Shown: positions 9,521 through 21,057, counted from the first letter of the stretch. The stretch is DNA of 64,000 nucleotides from an uncultured Planctomycetota bacterium (GCA_963823665.1 CAWGMQ010000003.1:1568001-1632000); one strand, 5' to 3'. The notes: generated from the letters alone by a model not told the origin. Made by a program: numbers and translations.

Positions 9521-11500
9521 TTAGCCTGGAGGTGTATTCGGGGCGGCTGCCGGGGCGACCGGTGGTGCTGCCGGATTTGCCGGATTTTCGGCGGAGGCCG
9601 GGGTGCTCGCGGCGGCGGCCGGGGCTGTTGTGGTTGCGGGTGCGGGTGCGGTCGCGCCCGGGGCCGAAGCGCGCGATGACGGTCCCCACTGAAACGACCT
9701 GATCACGTCTTCAACGTTTTTGCGAACGACTAGATGGTCGGTCCGCTCGGTGTAGGAATGAACGACCATCCGCTGTGTCTGGTTGAACTCGACAAGATAA
9801 ACGTCGGCGTAGACCGGATTCTTGTCCCGCTGCTTCAAGGCGGCTTCGATGCGGTAGACCCGTCGTTTCGAGTCTTTCCAGTCTGCGTCGTCGAGCCAGC
9901 CGGCCGGGCCTCTGGTGACGGTCTGCTGGTCATGCAGCCATTCCTCGTCCAGGCCCTTTTTGAGGCCCGCGGGATCGCGAAAGACCTGTTCGGAAGTTGA
10001 ATTACCCGTCTTGGTTGGGACCACCAAGACGAGCGCGGCATCGCCGGCACCGGGGTGTTTGTCAACGAACTCGACTCTGGAGGGCACTGAGATCGCCGGC
10101 CGCACTTTGATGTACTCCTGCGGATGGCGGAAGTGAAATCGTCCTTCCGGGTCATCAAAGACGACCCAGGCGTTGTTCCCGACCACGGTCGGGGGAGCGT
10201 TGGGTAGCGGCAGAGGTGTGGGTGCGGGCCCGGGCTCGCCAGCCGCAAGCGACATGGGCCGGCGCTCGACGGTGAGCTCGATCGTGAGTTTGTGCTTCAA
10301 GCGCCCCTCGCCTTCCGGCAGCATTCCGACCCTGACGAGCGAGAGGTCAGCCCGCTTGATCGAGCCATCCGCTGTCACGACCTTCGAGCCTCCTTCAGTC
10401 GCGCCAGCCGCGGGAAGCGCGACGCCCCGAGGCACGAACTCGAAAATCATCCGGGCGTGGAATGCACCGGGTTGGCCCTCGACATCGAACTTGCCCGCGA
10501 TATCGATCTCGGCCATGTAGCTATTCCCGTTCGGCGAGCGAGTGACTTCCGTCAGCGTGCCGGTCAGCTCGTATCCTTCCTCGTCGGGCGCCCGCCCGGA
10601 GACGCTCAAAACGGCGGCAGGCGGAACCCCCCATGTCTCGCTCACTCGTTTCGGGGTCGCGGGGAAAAATTTAATCAAATTGGAAATGCTCACCTCCTCC
10701 TCGATCATGCCATATTCGTCTTCGCGGATCGGGCGATCGGGAGTGAGGCTGATGATCTGGGGCCGGAGCGGCGGACGGTGGCGGTACCAGATGGTCAGTC
10801 CCTGCAAAAGCGGTGGATTCACCGGACGCGGCTTCACGAGATCCCTGAGCACGACTTTATCGTAGCGCCGGACCAGATCGATGGGCTCGCCGAGCTTGCC
10901 GACCTTGGCCGCGCGCTCGGCGTAGACGATGGTGCGGCTGCGCTGGTTGCGTTCCGGGGCCCCCTGAGGCCGCTCGATTTCGTACTTGGTGGTTTCGAGC
11001 ATGCCGACGCGATATTGCGTGAGCATTTGCGGCAGCCTGGGATCGTCCTCGATGCCGTAGCGCTCGACGAACTTGTAGCGCGTGCTCAGGGCCCCAACCG
11101 CCTCGAGCGCGGCTTTGCGATCCGCGTCGGTCAAGGGCGGCTCGGCGTTCTTCTTGGTATCGCCAGGAGCGGGAGGAGCCGGCTTCTCGGTGTCGGCAGG
11201 CGCAGTCGGAGCCGCTTTTTCCTTGTCATCCGGCGCGGTCGGGGCGTCCTTCTTCTTCTCGTCCGGCGCGGATTCCTTCTTCTGGACATCCTGCGGCGCG
11301 CTTTCGAGCCCCTGTGGCAAGTCCGGGGGCGGCGGCGGGGCCGCTTTGGGCGCCTCCACCTTGGGGGGCTCGTCCTGGGCCGCTGCGGTCGCCACGGTCG
11401 TGGCGGGGAGCAGCAATGTGACCGCTGCGATCAGCATCACCCGCGTTCGGGTTCGCCAGGTGCCCGGCTCGCTTGCGGAACGGCTAATCAGCTCGCCCAT
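9521..11500 (-). CDS. Secreted hypothetical protein
   Basis: 659 aa, signal-peptide-like N-terminus, Pro/Lys-rich linker, strong codon bias. Confidence 0.75.
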   Translation of the reverse strand: MGELISRSASEPGTWRTRTRVMLIAAVTLLLPATTVATAAAQDEPPKVEAPKAAPPPPPDLPQGLESAPQDVQKKESAPDEKKKDAPTAPDDKEKAAPTAPADTEKPAPPAPGDTKKNAEPPLTDADRKAALEAVGALSTRYKFVERYGIEDDPRLPQMLTQYRVGMLETTKYEIERPQGAPERNQRSRTIVYAERAAKVGKLGEPIDLVRRYDKVVLRDLVKPRPVNPPLLQGLTIWYRHRPPLRPQIISLTPDRPIREDEYGMIEEEVSISNLIKFFPATPKRVSETWGVPPAAVLSVSGRAPDEEGYELTGTLTEVTRSPNGNSYMAEIDIAGKFDVEGQPGAFHARMIFEFVPRGVALPAAGATEGGSKVVTADGSIKRADLSLVRVGMLPEGEGRLKHKLTIELTVERRPMSLAAGEPGPAPTPLPLPNAPPTVVGNNAWVVFDDPEGRFHFRHPQEYIKVRPAISVPSRVEFVDKHPGAGDAALVLVVPTKTGNSTSEQVFRDPAGLKKGLDEEWLHDQQTVTRGPAGWLDDADWKDSKRRVYRIEAALKQRDKNPVYADVYLVEFNQTQRMVVHSYTERTDHLVVRKNVEDVIRSFQWGPSSRASAPGATAPAPATTTAPAAAASTPASAENPANPAAPPVAPAAAPNTPPG

Positions 11501-11643
11501 GTTTCACCGCCTTGGAATCGTCTCGAACTTCGGTTGGAGAGAGCGATGCGCGCCAGCGATCGACCATCGTTCCAATGGTTCCCACGAAAGGATCCATTAA
11601 ACCATATCACAACCGGTGCTGGGTACGGCCGTGAGGGCTCGCT

Positions 11644-13134
11644 TCATTTTTCGTATCGCGACTCCGGAGCCGGGGCAAGCCAGCGAAGCGACCCGACCAG
11701 CTCGAGGTCATTTTCGCCGAAGGCTTTCTGATGGTCGAGGGCCAGAGTGAACGTGGCAAGAAGCTGCTCGCCGGAAGGGCTGGCGAGCAGGTAATAGTAC
11801 CAGAGCACGCCAAGGTCTCCTTCGCGACCTTGAACGCCGACCCGGTACCGGAAGCCCCCATCCGGGCGGCCGCCCACCTCACCGGCGCCCAGGAACTGCA
11901 CGAAACGGTCTTTCAGGCCGCGGCGAATGTCGTCGCGGAACTGGCCCGGATCTTGATGCCGTCCCTTGCCGGCCCTGGGGCCGGCCATGAGGTTGCACTG
12001 AGCGACGACACGGCCGCCGTCCAAGCATTTCAAGATGGCCATCCGGGAATCCTCCCAGAAGATATGCCAGTTGCGGTCCGCGAGCATCGTTGAACGCCCG
12101 CCGGGCAAGGTGATCTGCAAGCGCTCGCTCTCGCGGCGGCCGCCCAAGGGAACGCCGGCAAGAGCGGAATCGGCCAGAGCCTCGGGAGGGTCTGCGGGAT
12201 GTCGCGAGACAATGAGCGTGCTCTTCATGTCGAGCCCGGCCTCGACCGGGCCGGCCTGGCGCGTTTCCACCCGGTTCAAGTCGAGCCGATCGAGCCGGCC
12301 GGCTTCGCGGTCAAAGGTCGCGTACCCGTCGCAGCCGATAGTGCCTTTGCCCCCGTAAGCCGAGCCCTCGACCCGCCCCTTCAAGCGGATGCGGGCCTTG
12401 CTCTCGTCGAGGGATTCGAGCACGGCCTCGAGGTTATTGGCGGTGATTGTGTCATAGCCGCTCATCACCTTGGCGGCTGCGTCGCGCACTTTCCAGCGAT
12501 CACCTGGTGCCACCTTGGTCTCGGGCAGGAGATCTCCGAGCGCGAGCGGGTCGCCCACCCCCTGCACCACCTCGAGCTCGGACCACGAGAGAGGTCCAGC
12601 CGGGCTGAAGACGACGACAGGCCAACCGCGATCGCGCCTCTGGGCTACCAGGAGAGCCACCTCGGCACGAAGAACCGCGGCCGTCGGACGAACCTCGCCG
12701 TTGATTGCCGCGGCCGCCTGGACGACATGCCGCACAACCGAGAGTGATCCGCCCTCCGGCGGATTCGACGGCTTCGCAGCCCGGCCCTCCGATGGGACGA
12801 TGAGCCCGTCGGGACTGACCGGCACGATGCGCTCGTGGAAGATGAGCCTGGTCTGGACGTCAAGCTCGCGTGGCTTGGGCATCTGGGCGCCATCGCCGCC
12901 GGCGCCCGCCGGCAAACCGGGCCGATAAAGCCCCTGGGCCTTGAGCTCGACCTGAACACGCGACGAGCTGCCGCTGCGCATGACCTCGCGCAGCTCGACG
13001 GTTTGCGGCGCCTGGACTTCCCGCACCAAGTCGCCGTGAGGCGAGCCTGCCGCCGGGGCGCTCGTAACCAAGGCGGCGGCAAGCGTCGCCGACAAAGCCC
13101 AACACCAGAGCTGCTTCCGTGCCATCCGTTGCAC
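11644..13134 (-). CDS. Secreted hypothetical protein
   Basis: 496 aa, signal-peptide-like N-terminus, co-oriented with 9521..11500. Confidence 0.75.
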   Translation of the reverse strand: MQRMARKQLWCWALSATLAAALVTSAPAAGSPHGDLVREVQAPQTVELREVMRSGSSSRVQVELKAQGLYRPGLPAGAGGDGAQMPKPRELDVQTRLIFHERIVPVSPDGLIVPSEGRAAKPSNPPEGGSLSVVRHVVQAAAAINGEVRPTAAVLRAEVALLVAQRRDRGWPVVVFSPAGPLSWSELEVVQGVGDPLALGDLLPETKVAPGDRWKVRDAAAKVMSGYDTITANNLEAVLESLDESKARIRLKGRVEGSAYGGKGTIGCDGYATFDREAGRLDRLDLNRVETRQAGPVEAGLDMKSTLIVSRHPADPPEALADSALAGVPLGGRRESERLQITLPGGRSTMLADRNWHIFWEDSRMAILKCLDGGRVVAQCNLMAGPRAGKGRHQDPGQFRDDIRRGLKDRFVQFLGAGEVGGRPDGGFRYRVGVQGREGDLGVLWYYYLLASPSGEQLLATFTLALDHQKAFGENDLELVGSLRWLAPAPESRYEK

Positions 13135-13933
13135 TCCGCCATCGCTTCCGGCGAGCCCGACTCAGCCGCCAAAACCGGATGTTTCGGCAAAAGCCCACAT
13201 CTTGTCAATCTCTTTGCCCCACTTTTCGCATGGCCAGCAACCCACGCAGACGAATTCTATGTTTAACTAAGCGATCCTGTATTATCGAGTGAATTCCGCG
13301 AACAAATGATCGATGGGCAACGTCTGTCTAGGGCACGCCTTGTGAAATGGGCAGAGATCAACCGATAGCGGGCGAACGCAGACGAGGCACTGGGATTGGT
13401 TGAACGATCGGCGAAGCTGAGGCGCGAAAATTGCGTGCAGTTGCCAGAAAGCTTGGGTTCGTTGAGTTTGGGGGCACTCGTGTCAAAGATGGCATTTGGG
13501 CGCATCCATCGATGCTTCGAGCGGTGATGAAGCATGCACAGTGTTTGTGATCATCCCGCTGTTTTGCATCCATGAATGCAATCACGCGTCACAAGTTTGA
13601 CCGATCCAACGTTAGAGGTAATGCGTATAGGTGATAGGGAAAAAAGGCAAGAGAGTGGTGGCTGTCGAAGTTGGTCCCGGTGGCCGACGCGAGGTTGAGC
13701 GATGCTAGCCTGCGGAACGGGCGTCGGCGGAAAAGGCTGTAATAAAATAAGTTGAAACAGCGAACAGCCTCACGAAATCGAGTGACGGGGTGGGAGAAAC
13801 GAATCGATTCCAGTCCTATATTGTTAGTCGCGGGGTATTGGCAGAGTTCGACGGTGTAAGTATTCGAGTGCATCTTCGCGAGTGGAAAAGAGGTAACCGA
13901 GGTAACCGACAGGGGAGACAGGGGAGATAGAGG

Positions 13934-15613
13934 ATGGGAAAGGCGTACCGCCATCCCGCGGTGAAACAGTTAAAGGACCAGCAGACGCGGTATGCGCCTC
14001 GGGAACGGCGGCTCGAGCAGGTTGAGCGGGCGGAGCAGCTTCTGGGCGAGATAGACAGGACGAAACGTTATCCATATGAATATTTGTGTTATCGGATCAC
14101 AGGATTTCGCCCTGACGGCTGGCCGGCCCTGGTGCTGGATGGAGTGGATGTTCAGCACGATCTTCGATTGTTCGTGGAGGACCTTTCAGCGACGGCCCGG
14201 CAACCGGTTGAGAATGTAGAGGAGGCGGTTTTCACGGTTGATCAGGTGAGCCAACGATTTAATGTGACGCCCCGCACCGTGACGAGGTGGCGTCGCCAGG
14301 GGTTAGTGGCCCGTCGATTTGTGATTGGCGGCCGGACGAAGGTGGGGTTTCTCGAATCGAGCTTGCAACGATTTGTCACGGCCCATCAGGGGCAGGTCGA
14401 GCGAGGCTCAAGGTTTCGGCAACTTACAGAGGCGGAGCGCGACGAGATCATCAGGCGCGCTCGCCGCATGGCGCTGGTTCGACCCGGGCAAGCGAGCCTG
14501 GTTGAAATCGCGCGGAGGATCGCACGCAAGATGTCACGCTCAACAGAAACTGTCAGATTGACTTTGAGAGCCTACGACCGGGTTCATCCGGACCGGGCGA
14601 TTTTCCCGGCCGCGGCTCCGTCGCTGGACGAAGATGCGAAGTCCCAGATCTACCGGCGGTTCCGGCTGGGTGTCTCCGCCGAGGTTCTGGCGCGGCAGTA
14701 CGGGCGCACACGGTCGAGTATATACCGCCTGATCAATGAAGTGCGGGCCGAGCGGATCTTGAGCACCAAGCTCGAGCTGATCGAGCACGCGAGCTTCGCC
14801 GAGCCTGCGATGGCCGCCGAGATCATGGCGCCCTTGCCCGAGCCCGCCGACGGCAAGGCCCCGCGGCGCCCCAAGGCGCCCAAGGGTCTACCCCCCTACC
14901 TGGGCAGCCTGTACGAGGTGCCGCTCCTGGACCGCGAGCAGGAGAAGCACCTGTTCCGGAAAATGAACTACTACAAATATCTGGCGCTCCAGCTTCGTCA
15001 GAAGATTGATCCCAGCCGGGCCAAGACGTCGGACCTGGACGAGATCGAGCGGCTGCAGGAAGAGGCGCTCGCGGTGAAGAACCAGATCATTCGCTCGAAC
15101 CTGCGGCTGGTCGTTTCGATCGCCAAGCGGCACGTCGGGCCCTCGAACAACTTCTTCGAGCTGGTCTCCGACGGCAACATGTCGCTGATCCGGGCGGTCG
15201 AGAAGTTTGACTTTTCACGGGGCAACAAGTTCAGCACGTATGCCTCGTGGGCCATCATGAAGAATTTCGCACGCACCATCCCGGAAGAGAACTATCGCCG
15301 CGACCGGTTCGTCACGGGCCATGAAGAGATGTTCGAGGCTGCCGCCGACAACCGGACGGACGAGCACGAATATGAGAGCGCCCTCAAGCGGATGCAGGAA
15401 GCTGTGAAGGGGATGCTTGGGCACCTGGACGAGCGCGAGCGGAAGATCATCATCAGCCGCTTTGGCCTGGGCGGCGTGAGCGAGCAAACGCTCGAGCAGC
15501 TCGGACGCGAGCTGGGAATCACGAAGGAACGCGTACGCCAGATCGAGTCTCGAGCGCAGGAGAAGCTGCGCAAGATCGCCAATGAGGAACGGCTCGACTT
15601 GCCGATGCTGTAA
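13934..15613 (+). CDS. Sigma-70 family RNA polymerase sigma factor with long HTH-containing N-terminal extension
   Basis: Region 1.2-like YLGSLYEVPLLDREQE; region 2 NLRLVVSIAK...FSTYASWAI; region 4 TLEQLGRELGITKERVRQIE. Confidence 0.9.
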   Translation: MGKAYRHPAVKQLKDQQTRYAPRERRLEQVERAEQLLGEIDRTKRYPYEYLCYRITGFRPDGWPALVLDGVDVQHDLRLFVEDLSATARQPVENVEEAVFTVDQVSQRFNVTPRTVTRWRRQGLVARRFVIGGRTKVGFLESSLQRFVTAHQGQVERGSRFRQLTEAERDEIIRRARRMALVRPGQASLVEIARRIARKMSRSTETVRLTLRAYDRVHPDRAIFPAAAPSLDEDAKSQIYRRFRLGVSAEVLARQYGRTRSSIYRLINEVRAERILSTKLELIEHASFAEPAMAAEIMAPLPEPADGKAPRRPKAPKGLPPYLGSLYEVPLLDREQEKHLFRKMNYYKYLALQLRQKIDPSRAKTSDLDEIERLQEEALAVKNQIIRSNLRLVVSIAKRHVGPSNNFFELVSDGNMSLIRAVEKFDFSRGNKFSTYASWAIMKNFARTIPEENYRRDRFVTGHEEMFEAAADNRTDEHEYESALKRMQEAVKGMLGHLDERERKIIISRFGLGGVSEQTLEQLGRELGITKERVRQIESRAQEKLRKIANEERLDLPML

Positions 15614-15651
15614 GCCGAAAACAGGCTCTTGCGACCAGAACGATGCAACTG

Positions 15652-15718
15652 ACCGGGGCGACCCCGGGGATCCTCGGCTGTGATGGCCCGGGGAACCGAC
15701 CGGGGTCGCCCCGGTTTT
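15652..15718 (+). terminator. 16-bp inverted repeat ending in a short T run, downstream of the sigma gene
   Basis: accggggcgaccccgg (15652-15667) pairs with ccggggtcgccccggt (15700-15715), then ttt; long loop, so it could equally be a repeat element. Confidence 0.5.
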
Positions 15719-15874
15719 GATTGCGCCGGGGCGGCGACGGAATTCGCGAAGCGCCGCGGCTTGCCAGGGGTGTTCGCGGCTTGTAACTTCGAAGCACGGG
15801 CACCGGGAGTGACGCGGAGCTGCGGCCAACGTGGTTTTTTGTTTGAACTCGGCACTTTACGAGGTTTTGCGGGT

Positions 15875-16543
15875 ATGGCAACTGCATCCGCACGAAAGCC
15901 GAAGGCCACCGGGAATCGGCCCGAGAATGTTGCGCAGTTGCTCCGCAGATTGGGGAGTATCCCTGCTTTTCGCGTTCGCCTGGAGCCCGCGCCCGGCACG
16001 GCGACCGAGCGCGACCTGATCCGCCACAACGAGAGCAAGCTCAAGACGGCGATTTGCGAGCTGGTGGATGGGACCCTGGTGGAGAAGGCCATGGGATGGG
16101 TCGAATCCGCGATTGCGATCGTGATCGCGACCGCATTGTCGAATTTCGTCGGGCCGCGGAAGCTCGGCACTGTGCTGGGGGCAGACGGCATGGTCCGGTT
16201 CTTTCCGGGGCTCGTCCGCGTGCCGGACGTGTCGTTCTTCTCGCGAGGAAAGCTTTCGCGGTCGAAGCATGGGTCGACCCCCATCGCGCCGGTCGCCGCC
16301 GATCTCGTGGTAGAGGTCGTGAGCAAACGCAACACCAAGCCCGAGATTGCGCGCAAACTCCGGGAGTATTTCGCCGCCGGCAGCCGGCTCGCCTGGGTGG
16401 TCAAGCCGAAGCCGCAGACGGTTCGAGTGCACACGACACCCGACGAGTCTGTCGTGCTCGGCCTCGAAGATTGGCTTGATGGCGGGAGCGTGCTGCCGGG
16501 ATTCCGCCTCGCGGTACGAGATCTGTTAAAGTTCGAAGACTGA
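15875..16543 (+). CDS. Uma2 family endonuclease
   Basis: ELVDGTLVEK, VRVPDVSF, DLVVEVVS, KLREYFAAG, VLPGFRL. Confidence 0.9.
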   Translation: MATASARKPKATGNRPENVAQLLRRLGSIPAFRVRLEPAPGTATERDLIRHNESKLKTAICELVDGTLVEKAMGWVESAIAIVIATALSNFVGPRKLGTVLGADGMVRFFPGLVRVPDVSFFSRGKLSRSKHGSTPIAPVAADLVVEVVSKRNTKPEIARKLREYFAAGSRLAWVVKPKPQTVRVHTTPDESVVLGLEDWLDGGSVLPGFRLAVRDLLKFED

Positions 16544-16568
16544 CACTTCACGACCGAGCCCACGATCG

Positions 16569-17534
16569 ATGCAGCCCTCTCTTTTTGCCGAACATGATCG
16601 TCCCGCGCAGGCCGCCAGACTGGCTCCCATGCTCAAGGCCCTGGCCGCGCAAGGCATTTACTTCGGCACCAGCTCGTGGAAGTACGAAGGGTGGCTGGGC
16701 TCGATCTACACGCCCGAGCGGTACATGACGCGGGGCAAGTTTTCTCGGCGGAAGTTCGAGGACGAGTGCCTGGCGGAGTACGCCGAGACGTTTCCCGCGG
16801 TCGGCGGCGATTTCAGCTTCTATCAGTTCCCGGCGCCCGCGTACTGGAAGCGGCTGTTTGATTCCTCCCCTGCCTCGCTGCTCTTTGGCCTCAAGGTGCC
16901 GGAGGAGATCACCGTCGCCAAGTGGCCGGGGCATGCGCGGTATGGCGCTTGCGCGGGCCAACCGAACGCGAGTTTCCTGGACCATCATCTTTTCGAGATT
17001 GCGTTTCTGAGGCCGCTCGAGCCGTATCGGGACCGCATCGCCACGCTGATGTTCGAGTTCGGCACGTTCCCGAAAGCGACGTTTCCAAACGTGCAGGCGT
17101 TCTGCGAGCAGCTCGATTCGTTCCTCGGTGCCCTGCCCGGCGGCTTTCGTTATGGTGTCGAGATCCGCAATCGGGAGTATCTCGTCCCCGACTATTTCGG
17201 GATGCTCGAGAGGCACCGGACGGGCCATGTGTTCAATGCGTGGACGCGCATGCCCGAGATCGGCGTGCAGGCGAAGATGACGGGGTCGCTCACCGGAGAT
17301 TTCGTCGCCGCCCGGGCGCTCTTGCGATGCGGGAGAACCTACGAAAACGCGGTGAAGCAATTTGAGCCTTATCAGGTGACGCAGGAAGTCGATCCTTCGA
17401 CGCGGATCGCGCTCGAGGGGCTGGCTGAAGAGGCGCGAAAGGCACGAATGCCGGCGTTTCTGTTCGTGAACAACCGGCTCGAGGGGAATGCGCCGTCGAC
17501 GATCGAGGCGGTGGCGGCGCGACTTCTCTGTTGA
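16569..17534 (+). CDS. DUF72 domain-containing protein
   Basis: GTSSWKYEGW, LAEYAETFPAV..DFSFY, LKVPEEIT, VEIRN, FVNN. Confidence 0.88.
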   Translation: MQPSLFAEHDRPAQAARLAPMLKALAAQGIYFGTSSWKYEGWLGSIYTPERYMTRGKFSRRKFEDECLAEYAETFPAVGGDFSFYQFPAPAYWKRLFDSSPASLLFGLKVPEEITVAKWPGHARYGACAGQPNASFLDHHLFEIAFLRPLEPYRDRIATLMFEFGTFPKATFPNVQAFCEQLDSFLGALPGGFRYGVEIRNREYLVPDYFGMLERHRTGHVFNAWTRMPEIGVQAKMTGSLTGDFVAARALLRCGRTYENAVKQFEPYQVTQEVDPSTRIALEGLAEEARKARMPAFLFVNNRLEGNAPSTIEAVAARLLC

Positions 17535-17600
17535 AAACAAAAAAGGGGACATAGCGAATATCTGCTCCGACTTGGTTTTGAAGATCGGCCAGTTAATGCG

Positions 17601-20600
17601 CTATGTCCCATTTTTTTGTTCGGACTGCGTGATACGGAATTCAACTTCCGACCAGAGGGATTGCCAGGCCTTGCGCTCGGGATCGGGTAGCTTCGACAGC
17701 AAGGGCACGTCGCGGATGGCGGCCAGATCGGGGTCTTGCTTCCAGAATGCCAGAGTCTTCGCGGCCAGTTCCTTGTTGCCGGGATCGGCTGACTCGGAGA
17801 GGCGCTTCCAGGCTGCCAGCTCGGCCCGGAGCCATTCGAGGGCCTGGCGGCGGAAACGGGGTTTTTCTGCGTCATCGGGTTGCGGGTCGTCCTTGCTTTT
17901 GCCTGTGCCCGCACGGGCGGCGGCGCAGGCTGCGTTGTAGGCGTGCTGGGTGCGGCGGTCGGTGGCCAGATTGGGATCACTTGCTAGAGCTTCGGCGAAG
18001 AGCCGGACGGCCAAGGCGTAAAACGCGGCGGGCGTGGGCACGATTTGCGAGCTCGATTCGCTCGGAGGCGTCCCTGGGCGTTTGGGTTCGATTGATGATG
18101 CTCTCGAGCCGAGCGTCGATGGCGGCGAACCGGGGGTCGGGGATGCCTAGCTCGTCGAGCTCGCGCTTGGCCTTTGCGGCCTCGTCGGATCGGCCTGTAC
18201 CTTCCGCGGCCGCGATCAAATTGGACAGATGGTTTGCCATGTACCGCCGATAAGTCGGGTGATTGGGGTTGACTGCCAGCGCCTTCGCTGCCAGGCGATC
18301 GCCCGATTGAGTGTGTTCCGTGACTCGTCGAGCTGGCGCTGGTCCGCGTGGACCAGGGCCATGTTGTTCAAAGTGCCGCCGAGATTGCTGGCGAAGTCTG
18401 TTATATCGGGATGCTCGCGGGCGAGCATTTCCCAGATCGCGCAAGCTTGTTTGTAGGAAGCCAGCGCTTCCGCCGGGTGACCCAGCGTACGCTGCACCAT
18501 GCCGATGTTACCGTGGTTCTCGGCAACGCGGTTACGAAACTCTGTGACGGACGGGTTCTCGCGCACCAGACGGTCCAGAATCTTGCCGGCCTCGTGCGCC
18601 CAAACAAGTGCCTTTTCCGGTTGGCCCGTGTCTCGGTGCAGCTCGGCGAATTTCCAGTAGGTGAAAGCCAGGCTGATCTGGAACTCGGTAACCGATCGGT
18701 GCTCCTTCGTCAGCTTCTCCTGGATCGCAATCGCCCGCTCGAGCGACACCAGTGCCTTCGCCGACTGGCCCGTCGCATGGTACATGATGCTGATGTTGTA
18801 GTAACTCGCGGCCAGTTGGTTCTGGAAGTCGGTGACCGACGGGTTCGCTCGCGCGAGGCGATCCTCGATATCGCAGGACTGCTCGAGCGACGCCAGAGCC
18901 TCCGCCGTTTGTCCCATGTGATAAAACTCGTTGCCGATGTTGTTGAAGCACATGGCCAGGCGGCTCTGGAAGTCGGTGACGGATGGGTTTTCGCGAACGA
19001 GTCGTTCGAAAATCACTCGGGCCCGCTCGGGCCAAGCAAGCGCCTCCTCGACACGACCCATCGCGCTGTGCACGCTGCCTAGATTCACGTAGCTCTCCGC
19101 CAATCTGTTGTGGAAGTCGGTGACCGACGGGTAGTCGCGCACCAGGCGCTCCCAGATCGCACGCGCCTGTTCACGCGACGCCAGAGCCTTCGCGAGCAGA
19201 CCCATCTCCTGCTGCAAACCGCCGATGTGCGTGTGGCTCGCGCCCAGATGCGCTGGAGCTCCTTGGCCGACGGATTCTCGCGAACCAGGCGCTCCAGTAT
19301 CGGCAGCGCTTCCTCGTGGGCGCAGAGCGCGTCCTGCTTGTCGCCGATTTCATTGTTCAACTGGCCGAGCTCGAAGCTGGCCATCGCGAGGCGTTCCAGA
19401 GACCCGGGCCGGGTGTCGCGGTCGGCTTCAAGCTGCTCGCGAAGCACGCGGAAGAATGCCAGCGGCTCCTTCAGAAGACGCTTGCGCAAATCTTCGAGAC
19501 TCGGGTTGTTCTTGAGCATGGGCTCCTTGGCGACGGCGTCTCGGAACTTCTTCACGGCGTCAATCGCCTGGGTCTCGCGGTCCAGGGCGCGCTTTCGCTG
19601 CTCGTCTAACTTGGTGTTGGTCTCCTGGAGCTCGTCGTTCTTTTTTGCCAGGAGCCGGTTGGCATTCGTCTGCACGGCGAGCACAGCCGCCGTGCCTCCG
19701 ACCGCCGCCAGCAAGACCGCCGCGGCCAGTGACGCCACGGCGGGTTTTCGCTTGCACCAAAGCCAGGCCCGCTCGGCGGCGCTGACCCGGCGCGCGGCGA
19801 TGGGCCGGGAATGGAGCCAATGTTCGAGATCGACGGCCAGCTCATGGGCGGATGCGTACCGCCGGCGCGGTTCTTTCTCAAGACACTTCAGGCAGATCGT
19901 CTCGAGATCGCCCGGGATTCTGGCGTTTCGCTGCCTGGGCGATTCGGGCGCACGGGTGCGCACGGCGTCGAGCGTCTCGATCAGGCTGTCGCCCCCGAAG
20001 GGTGCCTTGCCGGTGAGCATGGCGTAGAGGACTGCGCCCAATCCGTAGACGTCGGTCGCCGTGGTGATCGAGCCGCGGTGGCCGGAGGCCTGCTCGGGGC
20101 TCATGTAGGCGGGGGTGCCGAGAATCGCGCCGGAGACGGTCATCTCGGCATCGCCCTCGACGCGCTTGGCCAGGCCGAAGTCGGTCAAGTGGGGGTGACC
20201 GTCGGCATCGATCAAGATATTCGCCGGCTTCAAGTCGCGGTGGAGAATGCCGCGCATGTGGGCGTGGTGCACGGCTTCGGCGGCCTCGGCCAGTAGCGTT
20301 GCCGCGGCGCGGGGGTTTTCCTTGAAGGAATCAAGCCCGTCGGCGAGGCTGCCCCCCTCGACGAGCTTCATGCTGAAGTAGCGCTGGCCGTCGTGCTCGC
20401 CGACCTCGTGCACCGGCACGATTCCGGGATGATCGAGCAGTGCGACGGCCTCGGCTTCGTTCTGGAAGCGCTGGACTTCGGCGTCGCCGGCCAGAACACC
20501 GGCCTTGATCATCTTGAGGGCGACCGGGCGGTTCAGGCTGACTTGCAGGGCCTTGTAGACGACGCCCATGCCGCCGCGGCCCAGCTCTTTCTGGAGCTCA

Positions 20601-20948
20601 TAATCGCCGAAGTAGCGGACGAGGTCGCCGGGAGCGGCGTCGGTGCCGGCGCTGTGCGCGTCGGTCGTCTGGAGGGGGTCATGACGGCCGGCCGTGTGAT
20701 CACCGGTGACCTCGACGGCTGCGGCGGCGGTGGCTGGCATGTCGGTCTTGTGCGCCCCAGTGGCGGTCCATTCGACCTCCGTGGGGCGAGGCGATTGGCC
20801 GGCGGGGTCGGTTGCGGCAAGGTTGTGCGGCGGGGAGGCCGTTTCGTCCTGGTCGGATGCGAGCAACCGGCACCGTGCGCAGAGGCCCTCGGGGACGTCG
20901 GCGGGGTTCGAGTGCGCCACAGATCGGGCAACGGTTCGTGTCGGACAT
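17601..20948 (-). CDS. Ser/Thr kinase with N-terminal Zn-knuckle, TM helix and TPR repeats (frameshifts near 20910, 19245, 18275, 18035)
   Basis: MSDTNRCPICGA joins PEGLCARC; GRGGMG, HRDLKPAN, DFG; TPR units ERLVRENPSVTDFQ in ORF 18216..19217; C-terminal cap in ORF 17601..18041. Confidence 0.8.
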
Positions 20949-21057
20949 CGACAGGTCCTTGGTCTAAGTCGGATTCATGTCGGGTGCGAGCAGGTGAGGG
21001 CACTGTCCATAATCGGCCGGATTTGAAAGAATCAAAGTGATGGCTGCGGTATCGGTT

